Below, piece after piece: positions 1 through 8,664 of a DNA stretch of 24,000 nucleotides. The translations under genes and the position numbers were made by a program. The stretch lies in contig NZ_LFZV01000001.1 of assembly GCF_001183965.1 (NCBI RefSeq), forward strand, positions 1,198,438-1,222,437, given 5' to 3'. This stretch comes from Bacillus sp. FJAT-27916 (lineage in GTDB: Bacteria > Bacillota > Bacilli > Bacillales > Pradoshiaceae). The notes under the pieces are model-generated. The model was given only the letters and a program-made list of their open reading frames with translations. It was not told the DNA's origin and made no database searches. Each line of letters opens with the position of its first letter. The stretch's first letter is position 1.

Positions 1-16
1 TGTATCAAGACTTGTT

Positions 17-2440
17 ATGATCGATCGCTATTCGTTTAAGGATACGGAGAAGCTTACGCTTGCCAATGGGGACTTCGTTGTCTTGACGATCAAGGAAGAT
101 CCAAAATTCCCAGCCCGCGGACTAGGATATATTCAAGAAATTGATTGGGAAAAGAAAACAGCCCATGTGCTTGTAGAAGAAGAATACAGAGCTTCGTTGG
201 ACAAGCATGATGAAATGAAAACAGGTTTGATTTGCAAGTCGCTTGATGTCATTGAAAAGCCGCTTGAGATTTACTATGAGCAAATCGCCAAACGCAATGC
301 GCGCGGTTTGGCACAAGTGGAGAAGACAGAAGAGAAGCGTCAGGAATCCTTTGAGAGATTCTATCAGCAATTGGTTCAAACAAACTTTATCCCTGCTGGC
401 CGTGTGCTGTATGGAGCTGGATCGGAGACAGAGGTGACATATTTTAACTGTTACGTTATGCCGTTCATCAAGGACAGCCGTGAGGGTATCTCTGAACACC
501 GCAAGCAAGTTATGGAAATTATGAGCAGAGGCGGCGGAGTAGGTACAAACGGTTCTACCTTGCGTCCACGAAACACCCTTGCCCGTGGTGTTAACGGCAA
601 ATCCTCGGGAGCGGTTTCCTGGCTTGATGATATCGCGAAGCTGACTCATTTGGTCGAACAAGGCGGTTCACGTCGCGGTGCGCAAATGATTATGCTTGCT
701 GACTGGCATCCCGATATTGTTGAGTTCATCATCTCTAAGATGCAAAATCCGAAAATCCTGCGCTTCTTGATGGAAGTATCAGAAGATGAGACGATTCAAA
801 GGCTGGCTGCAGAGAAATTAAAATTCACACCTCTTTCCATTCAGGAACAAGCCATGTATCAGGGAATCGTGAACTATAAGACCATTCCAGGACTAGGCGG
901 TTTCAGTGAAGCCATCATTCAAGAAGCAGAGGAAAAACTGGCGCACGGCGGCAATGACGCTGTCCATAATCCAGACTTCCTAACAGGTGCAAACATCTCT
1001 GTCTGCTTGACAAAGGAGTTCATGGATGCTGTTGAGAATGATGCTGAATATGAATTGCGCTTCCCTGATGTAGAATCCTACAGCCCAGAGGAAATGGAAA
1101 TCTATAATAATGAATGGGCGGATTGCGGAGACGTACGGGAGTGGGAAAAACGCGGCTATGGTGTGCGTGTTTACCGTAAAGTGAGAGCGAAGGAATTATG
1201 GAATTTAATTAATATTTGTGCTACTTACTCTGCGGAGCCTGGTATTTTCTTTATCGATAATGCCAATGACATGACTAATGCAAAGAGCTATGGACAAAAG
1301 GTCGTTGCGACAAACCCATGCGGTGAGCAGCCTTTAGCTCCTTATTCCGTATGTAACCTGGCAGCCGTGAACTTAGCGGAAATGACAGATAAGGACGCAA
1401 AAACGGTCAATTTCGATAAGCTGAAGGAAACGGTTAAAGTCGGTGTTCGCATGCAGGATAATGTCATTGATGCGACTCCATATTTCCTTGAAGAGAATAA
1501 ACGCCAAGCCTTGGGCGAAAGACGTGTCGGCCTTGGAGTTATGGGTCTTCATGATATGCTCATCTACTGTGAGAAAGAATACGGCTCAAAAGACGGCAAT
1601 GAGCTTGTTGACCGTGTATTTGAAACAATTGCGACTGCAGCCTATGAGGAATCCATTGAACTCGCTAAGGAGAAGGGAAGCTTCCCATTCTTGGTTGGAG
1701 ATACTGAGGAAGAAACAAAAGCATTGCGTGAAGCCTTTATTCAATCCGGCTTCATGAAGAAAATGCCGGAGCATATCCGTCAAGATATTCTCAAATATGG
1801 AATTCGCAACTCTCACCTGCTTACTGTTGCACCGACAGGAAGCACGGGAACGATGGTAGGAGTATCGACAGGACTTGAGCCATACTTCTCCTTCACTTAC
1901 TTCAGAAGCGGACGACTCGGTAAATTCATTGAAGTAAAAGCGGATATCGTAGAGGACTACTTGGCGCGCAATCCTGAGGCAGATCCTCATAACCTTCCGG
2001 AATGGTTTGTATCTGCGATGGATCTCACTCCTGAGAAACATGCGGATGTACAGTGCATTATCCAGCGCTGGATCGACAGCTCCATCAGTAAGACGGTTAA
2101 TGCTCCGAAGGGCTACTCTGTCGAACAGGTTGAGAAAGTGTACGAGCGTCTTTATAGAGGCGGAGCAAAAGGCGGTACCGTGTATGTGGACGGAAGCCGT
2201 GACACGCAAGTCTTGACTTTGAAGAAGGAAGAGAGTACCGAGACAGCTGAAATGCCAAAGGAAAGAACGGAACAGCATGTCGTGCTAGTTGACACCATCA
2301 ATGCGCTTGAATCAACGAGCGTCACTATTGGAAGCGAAGTCGGCAACACTTGTCCGGTTTGCCGAAAAGGCAAGGTTGAGGAGCTTGGCGGCTGCAATAC
2401 CTGCACGAACTGCGGCGCGCAGCTGAAATGCGGATTGTAA
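17..2440 (+). CDS. nrdJ: Adenosylcobalamin-dependent (class II) ribonucleotide reductase with C-terminal Cys-rich zinc-finger tail
   Basis: 807-aa ORF with RNR core motifs in the translation: ATNPCGEQPL active-site Cys/Glu loop, LTVAPTGSTG and SISKTVNAP. The C-terminus CPVCRKG...CNTCTNCG is the Cys-rich finger common in class II RNRs. The frame stays open back to position 2 and no SD is visible in the 16 nt before ATG 17. The real start may therefore lie upstream of the window. Confidence 0.88.
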   Translation: MIDRYSFKDTEKLTLANGDFVVLTIKEDPKFPARGLGYIQEIDWEKKTAHVLVEEEYRASLDKHDEMKTGLICKSLDVIEKPLEIYYEQIAKRNARGLAQVEKTEEKRQESFERFYQQLVQTNFIPAGRVLYGAGSETEVTYFNCYVMPFIKDSREGISEHRKQVMEIMSRGGGVGTNGSTLRPRNTLARGVNGKSSGAVSWLDDIAKLTHLVEQGGSRRGAQMIMLADWHPDIVEFIISKMQNPKILRFLMEVSEDETIQRLAAEKLKFTPLSIQEQAMYQGIVNYKTIPGLGGFSEAIIQEAEEKLAHGGNDAVHNPDFLTGANISVCLTKEFMDAVENDAEYELRFPDVESYSPEEMEIYNNEWADCGDVREWEKRGYGVRVYRKVRAKELWNLINICATYSAEPGIFFIDNANDMTNAKSYGQKVVATNPCGEQPLAPYSVCNLAAVNLAEMTDKDAKTVNFDKLKETVKVGVRMQDNVIDATPYFLEENKRQALGERRVGLGVMGLHDMLIYCEKEYGSKDGNELVDRVFETIATAAYEESIELAKEKGSFPFLVGDTEEETKALREAFIQSGFMKKMPEHIRQDILKYGIRNSHLLTVAPTGSTGTMVGVSTGLEPYFSFTYFRSGRLGKFIEVKADIVEDYLARNPEADPHNLPEWFVSAMDLTPEKHADVQCIIQRWIDSSISKTVNAPKGYSVEQVEKVYERLYRGGAKGGTVYVDGSRDTQVLTLKKEESTETAEMPKERTEQHVVLVDTINALESTSVTIGSEVGNTCPVCRKGKVEELGGCNTCTNCGAQLKCGL

Positions 2441-2466
2441 TCCAATAAGGCTAAGGCAATGATTTC

Positions 2467-2502
2467 AAAAGGATGGCAAACTTTCTTGCCATCCTTTTTT
2501 TG
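2467..2502 (+). terminator. Intrinsic terminator after nrdJ
   Basis: Stem AAAAGGATGGCAA (2467-2479) pairs with TTGCCATCCTTTT (2486-2498). The loop is 6 nt and the stem runs into a T-tract. Confidence 0.8.
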
Positions 2503-2511
2503 TGTCTTGAA

Positions 2512-2518
2512 CATACTA
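2512..2518 (+). promoter_or_regulatory. Possible forespore-type (sigma-G/F-like) -10 element CATACTA upstream of splB
   Basis: CATACTA fits the CATnnTA -10 pattern of forespore sigma factors and lies ~20 nt before the splB SD. I could not find a clean GnATR -35. splB is sigma-G dependent in B. subtilis (established). The site assignment here is only inference. Confidence 0.22.
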
Positions 2519-2539
2519 CCTGTAAGGTAGGTGAGATGA

Positions 2540-3568
2540 TTGAAACCATTCATTCCTCAACTGGTCTATTTTGAGCCTAAGGCTTTAGACTATCCATTAG
2601 GTCAAGAACTATGGGAGAAATTCCGGACAATGCCGAATGTTGAGATCCGCCAGACAACCTCCCATAATCAAATTAGGGACCTTCCTGGAGAAACGGAACT
2701 GCAGAAATATCGAATAGCCAAATCGACGATGGTGGTAGGCTTGAGGAAAACCTTGAAATTCGATACCTCCAAGCCATCAGCAGAATATGCTATCCCGCTT
2801 GCGACAGGCTGTATGGGTCATTGTCATTACTGTTATTTGCAGACGACACTTGGGAGCAAACCGTATATACGCGTGTATGTTAATCTGGAGGAGATTTTTT
2901 ACAAAGCACTCACCTATATAGGTGAACGTGCACCAGAGATTACCCGCTTTGAGGCAGCCTGTACGTCAGACATTGTCGGTATTGATCATTTAACCCATTC
3001 ATTGAAAAAGGCAATAAATTTTTTCGGGGAAACTGAGCTTGGACGCTTACGTTTTGTGACGAAATTTCATCATGTCGATCATTTGCTTGATGCACGGCAT
3101 AATGGACATACGAGCTTCCGATTCTCCATTAATTCCCGCTATGTCATCAAGAATTTCGAACCGGGTACGTCCTCGTTTGATGAAAGGCTGGAGGCGGCCA
3201 GAAAGGTAGCAGCAGCCGGTTATCATTTAGGATTTATCGTAGCCCCCATCTATATGCATGATGAGTGGGAGGAGGGCTATGCGGAGCTGTTTGACCGGCT
3301 CAAAAAGGCGCTGGGGGAATATGCGGATCTTCCGCTTTATTTTGAACTCATCCAGCACCGTTTCACAAAGCCGGCCAAAAAGGTTATTGAGGCCAGATAT
3401 CCGAAATCAAAACTTGAGATGGATGAAACGAAACGAAAATATAAATGGGGCAAGTACGGGATTGGAAAATATGTTTACCCGGATGATGAGGCTGCCCGTT
3501 TAAGAAGTCATATTGAAGAATCTATCCAAGCTCACTTTCCGCAGGCAGAAATTAAATACTTTACCTAA
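2540..3568 (+). CDS. splB: Spore photoproduct lyase (radical SAM)
   Basis: 342 aa, near-colinear with B. subtilis SplB as I recall it (PQLVY.EP.AL.YPLGQEL, TSHNQ, FVTKFHHVDHLLDA.HNG, ELIQHRFTKPAK, KYFT end). The radical-SAM motif is CMGHCHYCY. TTG start at 2540 is preceded by AGGTAGGTGAG. Confidence 0.95.
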   Translation: MKPFIPQLVYFEPKALDYPLGQELWEKFRTMPNVEIRQTTSHNQIRDLPGETELQKYRIAKSTMVVGLRKTLKFDTSKPSAEYAIPLATGCMGHCHYCYLQTTLGSKPYIRVYVNLEEIFYKALTYIGERAPEITRFEAACTSDIVGIDHLTHSLKKAINFFGETELGRLRFVTKFHHVDHLLDARHNGHTSFRFSINSRYVIKNFEPGTSSFDERLEAARKVAAAGYHLGFIVAPIYMHDEWEEGYAELFDRLKKALGEYADLPLYFELIQHRFTKPAKKVIEARYPKSKLEMDETKRKYKWGKYGIGKYVYPDDEAARLRSHIEESIQAHFPQAEIKYFT

Positions 3569-3642
3569 ACCGTTCTAAAATGCACTCCTACTGCTTAAAG
3601 ATGATAAGTAAGCGAGAACATCTTGGGAGGGAGTGCATCGGT

Positions 3643-4545
3643 TTGTACATAGATGGTGTTTTCTGCGGCGGGGGAATCAAAGGATTTGCCCTTATCGGTG
3701 CCGTGATGGAGCTGGAGCAGCAGGGATACACGTTTAAACGTGTAGCGGGAACAAGTGCAGGCTCCATTATTGCTGGATTTCTCGCGGCTGGATACAGTGG
3801 TGCTGAGATTAAGCTCTTAATGGAGGATGTTGAGCTCAGCCGGTTATTGGAATCGAAGAAACGGATCCAATTTCCTTTTGCCCGCTGGTTGAAATTATAT
3901 TGGACGATGGGTTTATATAAAGGAGATGCCCTAGAGTGCTGGATCAAGGAAATTCTTGAGAAAAAAGGGATTCATACTTTCGGAGATCTTTCAGATAAGC
4001 AGCTGCGTATCATTGCCTCCGACCTATCAAATGGGCGTATGCTTATATTGCCTGATGATCTTGCTGCCTATAATATTGAACCGAAACAGTTCCCTGTCGC
4101 AAAAGCGATTCGGATGAGCTGCTCCATTCCCTTTTTCTTTGAGCCGATCAAGCTGAAAACAGTCGGGGAAAAATACATTGTCGTCGATGGCGGGGTGTTG
4201 AGTAATTTTCCGATGTGGTTATTTGATCAGGATAATATTAATCCTATCAGACCAGTACTTGGTCTTAATTTAGTTCATGAGAAGACAGAGAAGAGCAAAG
4301 AGGAAATCACGAATGCGATTGGTCTTTTTTCTTCTCTTTTTGAAACGATGCGTAATGCACATGATTCTCGTTATATCTCACGTAAGTTTGTCAAAAATAT
4401 TATTTTTATCCCAGTGAAGGATGCAGGTTTTATTGAGTTCTCGCTGACAGATGAGCAAAGGACAGGACTGGTTGAAAGCGGACGGAGGGCTGCGGCTCAG
4501 TTCGTCAAACATTGGACGCATCGAATAAAGAAGAAAATGAATTAA
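3643..4545 (+). CDS. yqhO: Patatin-like phospholipase (YqhO-like)
   Basis: Patatin motifs are present: GGGIKG oxyanion loop, GTSAG nucleophile elbow (GxSxG) and VVDGG catalytic Asp. I prefer TTG 3643, which lies ~9 nt after GGGAGGGAG (3625-3633). The ORF track starts at 3580, and ATG 3601 is another option. Both upstream starts lack an SD. Confidence 0.85.
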   Translation: MYIDGVFCGGGIKGFALIGAVMELEQQGYTFKRVAGTSAGSIIAGFLAAGYSGAEIKLLMEDVELSRLLESKKRIQFPFARWLKLYWTMGLYKGDALECWIKEILEKKGIHTFGDLSDKQLRIIASDLSNGRMLILPDDLAAYNIEPKQFPVAKAIRMSCSIPFFFEPIKLKTVGEKYIVVDGGVLSNFPMWLFDQDNINPIRPVLGLNLVHEKTEKSKEEITNAIGLFSSLFETMRNAHDSRYISRKFVKNIIFIPVKDAGFIEFSLTDEQRTGLVESGRRAAAQFVKHWTHRIKKKMN

Positions 4546-4546
4546 G

Positions 4547-4583
4547 AAAAAAGGTTCAAGCACAATGCTTGAACCTTTTTAGC
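4547..4583. terminator. Bidirectional intrinsic terminator between convergent yqhO-like and yqhP-like genes
   Basis: Stem AAGGTTCAAGC (4551-4561) pairs with GCTTGAACCTT (4567-4577). An A-tract lies upstream and a T-tract downstream, so it reads as hairpin plus U-tail on both strands. Confidence 0.8.
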
Positions 4584-4587
4584 TTGT

Positions 4588-4992
4588 TTAAAACAGGGCG
4601 CGATTTTTTTTGCGGGCCTTTTTGCCTTCGATGACAGTCAACTGAATGTTTGATTTCTTTTTTGGCTTGTTAATTAAGGTTTCTTTTGAAATCACGGTTA
4701 GTCCATGTGTATTATGGTGCTTGCTTCTTTTGGGTTTCATCGTATCTTGTTTATGTTTCTTAGCTGAGATTCGGGCTGCCTTCCGGTATGCTTGACGCTC
4801 TTTGCCTGTTTTGCCTGAGCTACCTTTCAGCATGAATCGTTTGTACACAAGATAGATTACCCCAATGATTGCCGCTCCGATAAGCACACTTCGTATGAAT
4901 GATGCAGCGTTGTACTGCAATGTATAAATCAAGCCCACTACCGCTAATCCCAGAAGAACATAAATGATGATAGTTGATTTGTTACGATTCAT
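4588..4992 (-). CDS. Small membrane protein with two N-terminal TM helices and a Lys/Arg-rich C-terminal tail (YqhP-like by position)
   Basis: Hydrophobic segments IIIYVLLGLAVVGLIY and VLIGAAIIGVIYLVY are followed by a strongly basic tail. ATG at 4992 is preceded by AAGGAGGTG plus a 6-nt spacer. The track start at 5001 is a GTG inside that SD. The position between yqhO-like and yqhQ-like genes matches B. subtilis yqhP. Confidence 0.7.
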   Translation of the reverse strand: MNRNKSTIIIYVLLGLAVVGLIYTLQYNAASFIRSVLIGAAIIGVIYLVYKRFMLKGSSGKTGKERQAYRKAARISAKKHKQDTMKPKRSKHHNTHGLTVISKETLINKPKKKSNIQLTVIEGKKARKKNRALF

Positions 4993-5076
4993 AGAAAGCA
5001 CCTCCTTAAGAGCATCATTAGCGTATTTATGGGAATTTAAACAGCTATACCAATAAATTTTTCTCTTAATTTTAAT

Positions 5077-6030
5077 TTACACAATTTTCTCTCCGTTCAA
5101 ACCTTGTCCAGCCCTCTTTTCGGCTTCAAGCATGTTATTGAAGGAAATGATGGCGGTTTGAATCTGGTCATCATTCGGTTCCTTCGTTGTCAGAAGCTGC
5201 AGCCATAGACCTGGGTAGCCAAGAAAACGGAGCACTGGTACATCGCGCAGCTTATTGGTCAGCTGTAAAACCTCGAAGGAGAGGCCCAGAACAACCGGAA
5301 TGAGAGCCAACCGGTTTAGAATCCGTGCATATAACGGATCGGTCGGGACGAACATATACAGGAACAATCCAACAACGACAGTAAAGAGAATGAAACTGCT
5401 GCCGCAGCGGTAATGAAGCCGGGATGCATGTCGTACGTTTTCAACAGTCAATTCCTTATTTGCCTCAAAGGCGTTAATGACTTTATGTTCAGCACCATGA
5501 TATTGGAACACGCGCTTAACGAGAGGTGTCATGGAAACAAAGTATATATACAAAAGTAATAATGTTAATTTGAAGAATCCTTCTATTAATATTTGAGCTC
5601 CCTTTGCCGGTGCGACACCTTGGAAGATTGCCGCCAAGAATACGGGGATGAGGGTGAACAAAACTTTCCCAAGAATGAACGATAGAATGCCGACAGCCGC
5701 GACACCGAGAATCATGCCTAGCTTTGAGCTTTCCTCTTCCTGTACGATTTGGTCGTCATCCTTCGGGTCAACATCAAAGCGGTCAGTAGAAAAGGATAGA
5801 TGCTTTGAGCCGACGGCGCTTGATTCGATAATAGCCACGATGCCTCTGAGAAAAGGGATTTTCTTAAGTTTTTGAATGGTTGGATGGCTCTTTCGCGGCA
5901 TCGAAAAGGAATCGTATGTTCCATCCTTCCGTTTGATCGTTGTCACGGTGCAATGTTTGCCGCCGAACATGACTCCTTCTACGACAGCCTGCCCGCCGTA
6001 GACTGGTTTATTTTCCACTGTATTCACCAC
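5077..6030 (-). CDS. yqhQ: DUF1385-family membrane protein (YqhQ-like)
   Basis: 317 aa. The N-terminal YGGQAVVEGVMF and the later YHGAEHK motif are characteristic of the DUF1385/YqhQ family as I recall it, and there are several TM segments. GTG start with a weak SD, so the start is uncertain by a few codons. Confidence 0.8.
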   Translation of the reverse strand: MVNTVENKPVYGGQAVVEGVMFGGKHCTVTTIKRKDGTYDSFSMPRKSHPTIQKLKKIPFLRGIVAIIESSAVGSKHLSFSTDRFDVDPKDDDQIVQEEESSKLGMILGVAAVGILSFILGKVLFTLIPVFLAAIFQGVAPAKGAQILIEGFFKLTLLLLYIYFVSMTPLVKRVFQYHGAEHKVINAFEANKELTVENVRHASRLHYRCGSSFILFTVVVGLFLYMFVPTDPLYARILNRLALIPVVLGLSFEVLQLTNKLRDVPVLRFLGYPGLWLQLLTTKEPNDDQIQTAIISFNNMLEAEKRAGQGLNGEKIV

Positions 6031-6159
6031 TCCATGTTATTTATAGTATGAATGTTTATCTTCTTATTTTACCGAATCTTGAGGGATATCTCTACTATTG
6101 GATTCATTCATCATGAAGTTTGCTTAAACGGTACATACTAGTCTATGAGGTGAAGATGA

Positions 6160-6669
6160 ATGGAAGAGAATGTAACAGAAGTAAAAGAGCCATTAAGCTA
6201 TGGAGCTACAGTGACAGCGATTGGTTTGTTCGCTGGTGTGTTTTGGGGGGCAATCTTTCAATTATTTGTGTATTTTAACTTTACGGAAATTGGCCCTGCC
6301 TTTGTGATACGGTCTTGGATTAAGGCTGATTTCGCCAAGGGATGGGTGGGTGTCATTCTCTCACTTGTTTGTCTATCCGTGATATCCTTGCTGTTTGCCT
6401 ATTTGTATTCCGTTGTTTTTCGCAAAATATACTCCTACTGGCTTGGTGTTGGTTATGGTCTTGTTATTTGGGCATTGATTTTCCTTGTGTTAAGGCCTCT
6501 GTTCCCAGGCATGAAGACCGTAATGGAATTGTCCTTCCATACAATCCTTACGACCGTATGCTTATTTCTCCTTTATGGGCTATTCGTCGGTTACTCCATC
6601 AGTTTTGAGTATAACGAAAGACAGCTGGAAAAAAAAGGGCAGACAGAAAATAACGAAGCTCAGGTATAA
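6160..6669 (+). CDS. Integral membrane protein (YqhR-like by position)
   Basis: 169 aa with about 4 hydrophobic helices. SD GAGGTGAAG lies 4 nt before the ATG. It is divergent from the yqhQ-like gene, as in B. subtilis. Confidence 0.7.
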   Translation: MEENVTEVKEPLSYGATVTAIGLFAGVFWGAIFQLFVYFNFTEIGPAFVIRSWIKADFAKGWVGVILSLVCLSVISLLFAYLYSVVFRKIYSYWLGVGYGLVIWALIFLVLRPLFPGMKTVMELSFHTILTTVCLFLLYGLFVGYSISFEYNERQLEKKGQTENNEAQV

Positions 6670-6820
6670 ATATATAGTGGTCCCTTTCCTGCATATGATA
6701 AAATGATTAATATCCATTAAAGGCTTACTTTAGCGGTTGGTCATACATATATACAGGGGCTTCAAGCCTGGCTCCGGAACAGGCAGCAGCTATTATATTA
6801 GATAAGGGAGAGAATGTATA

Positions 6821-7882
6821 ATGGAAAAATTACAAAGATTTCGTGAAAATCTTGCCGCAGAAAAAATAGATGCCATGATTATCACAAATCCTTACAACCG
6901 AAGATATATCTCAAATTTCACAGGTACATCAGGCATAGTTGTCATTTCTGAAAAGGAAGCAAAATTTATTACAGACTTTCGTTATACGGAACAAGCGGCC
7001 AAGCAGGCGGTTGGATTTGAGATTGTTAAGCATACCGGTCCGATTGAGAATGAGGTGGCGGCACAGCTTAAAGCAATGGGCGCCAAGAAAGTTGGCTTTG
7101 AGCAGGATGACCTTACATTTGCCCTATACAAAACCTATGAAGGCGTGGTAGAGGGGGAGCTTGTTCCTTTATCCGGCTTTGTAGAAAAATTGCGCTTGAT
7201 TAAGACTCCTGAAGAGATTAAGATATTAAAGGATGCGGCAGACATTGCAGATGCTGCCTTTGAGCATATTTTAGGGTTTATCCGTCCAGGTTTGACGGAA
7301 ATGGAAGTTTCCAATGAGCTTGAATTCTTCATGCGTAAAGCGGGTGCTACCTCTTCTTCCTTTGATACAATTGTGGCTTCCGGCGCGCGTTCGGCGCTTC
7401 CGCATGGTGTCGCAAGTGATAAGGTGATTGAGAAGGGTGATTTTGTCACTCTGGATTACGGCGCACTCTACAAAGGGTATATATCTGATATTACCCGTAC
7501 AGTTGCTGTTGGTGAACCAAGTGATGAGCTGAAGAAGATCTATGGGATAACGCTTGAAGCGCAGGTTTATGCGATGGAAAATATTAAACCTGGCTTAACA
7601 GGCAAACAAGCAGATGCACTTGCACGGGATATCATCGCCGCAAAAGGCTATGGTGAATATTTCGGACATTCCCTTGGTCATGGAATCGGCCTTGAAGTCC
7701 ATGAAGGCCCTGGCTTGTCCTTTAAATCAGATATAGTCTTAGAGAAGGGCATGACCGTGACATGTGAACCAGGCATTTATTTACCGGGAGTCGGCGGCGT
7801 GCGAATCGAGGATGATTTATTGCTGACAGAAGGCGGCAATGAAAGATTGACCCATTCAACAAAAGAATTAATTATTTTATAA
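6821..7882 (+). CDS. papA: Xaa-Pro aminopeptidase/dipeptidase, M24B family (YqhT/PapA-like)
   Basis: 353 aa with a creatinase-like N-domain plus a pita-bread fold. The metal-ligand context is visible ([38 protein letters not shown]). SD AAGGGAGAG is present. The gene sits immediately upstream of efp, as in B. subtilis. Confidence 0.9.
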   Translation: MEKLQRFRENLAAEKIDAMIITNPYNRRYISNFTGTSGIVVISEKEAKFITDFRYTEQAAKQAVGFEIVKHTGPIENEVAAQLKAMGAKKVGFEQDDLTFALYKTYEGVVEGELVPLSGFVEKLRLIKTPEEIKILKDAADIADAAFEHILGFIRPGLTEMEVSNELEFFMRKAGATSSSFDTIVASGARSALPHGVASDKVIEKGDFVTLDYGALYKGYISDITRTVAVGEPSDELKKIYGITLEAQVYAMENIKPGLTGKQADALARDIIAAKGYGEYFGHSLGHGIGLEVHEGPGLSFKSDIVLEKGMTVTCEPGIYLPGVGGVRIEDDLLLTEGGNERLTHSTKELIIL

Positions 7883-7904
7883 GGCAGTAGGAGGCTATTA
7901 TCAC

Positions 7905-8462
7905 ATGATTTCTGTTAATGATTTCAAAACAGGCTTAACAATCGAAGTAGACGGCGGTATTTGGCAGGTTATCGAATTCCAGCACGTAAAACCAGGTAAA
8001 GGTGCGGCATTCGTGCGCTCTAAATTACGTAACCTTCGTACAGGCGCGATTCAAGAGAAAACATTCCGTGCCGGTGAAAAAGTATCGAAAGCGCATATCG
8101 ACAACCGCAAAATGCAATACCTTTATGCAAGCGGCGATAACCATGTATTCATGGATAACGAAACATATGATCAAATCGAATTGCCTACTGCGCAAATCGA
8201 ATATGAATTGAAATTCTTGAAAGAAAACATGGAAGTGTCCATCATGATGTTCCAAACAGAAACACTTGGCGTTCAGCTTCCAACAACTGTTACATTAGAA
8301 GTAACTGAAACTGAACCAGGAATCAAAGGGGATACAGCATCCGGCGGTACGAAGCCGGCAACTGTTGAAACCGGTCTTGTTGTTCAAGTTCCATTCTTCG
8401 TAAATGAAGGAGACAAGCTTATCATCAATACATCTGACGGTTCATACGTTTCCCGCGGATAA
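7905..8462 (+). CDS. efp: Elongation factor P
   Basis: 185 aa beginning [17 protein letters not shown]..., with the [17 protein letters not shown] loop carrying the modified Lys. SD is GTAGGAGG. Confidence 0.97.
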   Translation: MISVNDFKTGLTIEVDGGIWQVIEFQHVKPGKGAAFVRSKLRNLRTGAIQEKTFRAGEKVSKAHIDNRKMQYLYASGDNHVFMDNETYDQIELPTAQIEYELKFLKENMEVSIMMFQTETLGVQLPTTVTLEVTETEPGIKGDTASGGTKPATVETGLVVQVPFFVNEGDKLIINTSDGSYVSRG

Positions 8463-8478
8463 TCGATTGTCTTATAAG

Positions 8479-8531
8479 AAAAAGCTGCAGAGCACGCCAA
8501 TCATTCTTTTGGCAGCCTGCAGCTTTTTTTT
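8479..8531 (+). terminator. Intrinsic terminator 1 after efp
   Basis: Outer stem AAAAAGCTGCAG (8479-8490) pairs with CTGCAGCTTTTT (8517-8528). Inner pairing is GCCAA with TTGGC. A run of 8 T follows. Confidence 0.75.
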
Positions 8532-8532
8532 G

Positions 8533-8562
8533 CACCCAGGAGAGCGCTCCTGGGTGTTTTTA
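8533..8562 (+). terminator. Intrinsic terminator 2 after efp (tandem)
   Basis: Perfect 10-bp stem CACCCAGGAG (8533-8542) pairs with CTCCTGGGTG (8547-8556). The loop is AGCG and TTTTT follows. Confidence 0.7.
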
Positions 8563-8603
8563 GTACCTGGAACACTTGTCTAATCTTTTTCTGGGTTGAA
8601 GGG

Positions 8604-8631
8604 ACATAAAATACTTGTCCATGAATACATT
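8604..8631 (+). promoter_or_regulatory. Candidate sigma-E-type promoter for spoIIIA operon
   Basis: AATACATT (8624-8631) resembles the sigma-E -10 CATACAnT. ACATAAA (8604-8610), ~13 nt upstream, weakly resembles the -35 kmATATT. spoIIIA is sigma-E dependent in B. subtilis (established). The match here is partial. Confidence 0.25.
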
Positions 8632-8664
8632 TTAAGTAAATGACACATATAGCGAGGGAGATGT

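Noticed and set aside
1586-2278. 230-aa antisense ORF inside nrdJ
   Set aside because: It is a shadow ORF opposite a strongly supported conserved gene. It has low-complexity Ser/Leu/Arg-rich composition and no SD or independent signals.
3580-4545. Patatin-like phospholipase as a possible CBASS/defence effector
   Set aside because: No cyclase/nucleotidyltransferase, sensor or other defence genes are adjacent. The gene sits in the conserved yqhO-yqhP-yqhQ-yqhR housekeeping context, so it reads as the ordinary YqhO ortholog.
6110-6140. Second CATACTA motif upstream of the yqhR-like gene as a forespore sigma -10
   Set aside because: I found no acceptable -35 (GnATR) at the required spacing. A 7-mer recurring in AT-rich DNA is not evidence on its own.
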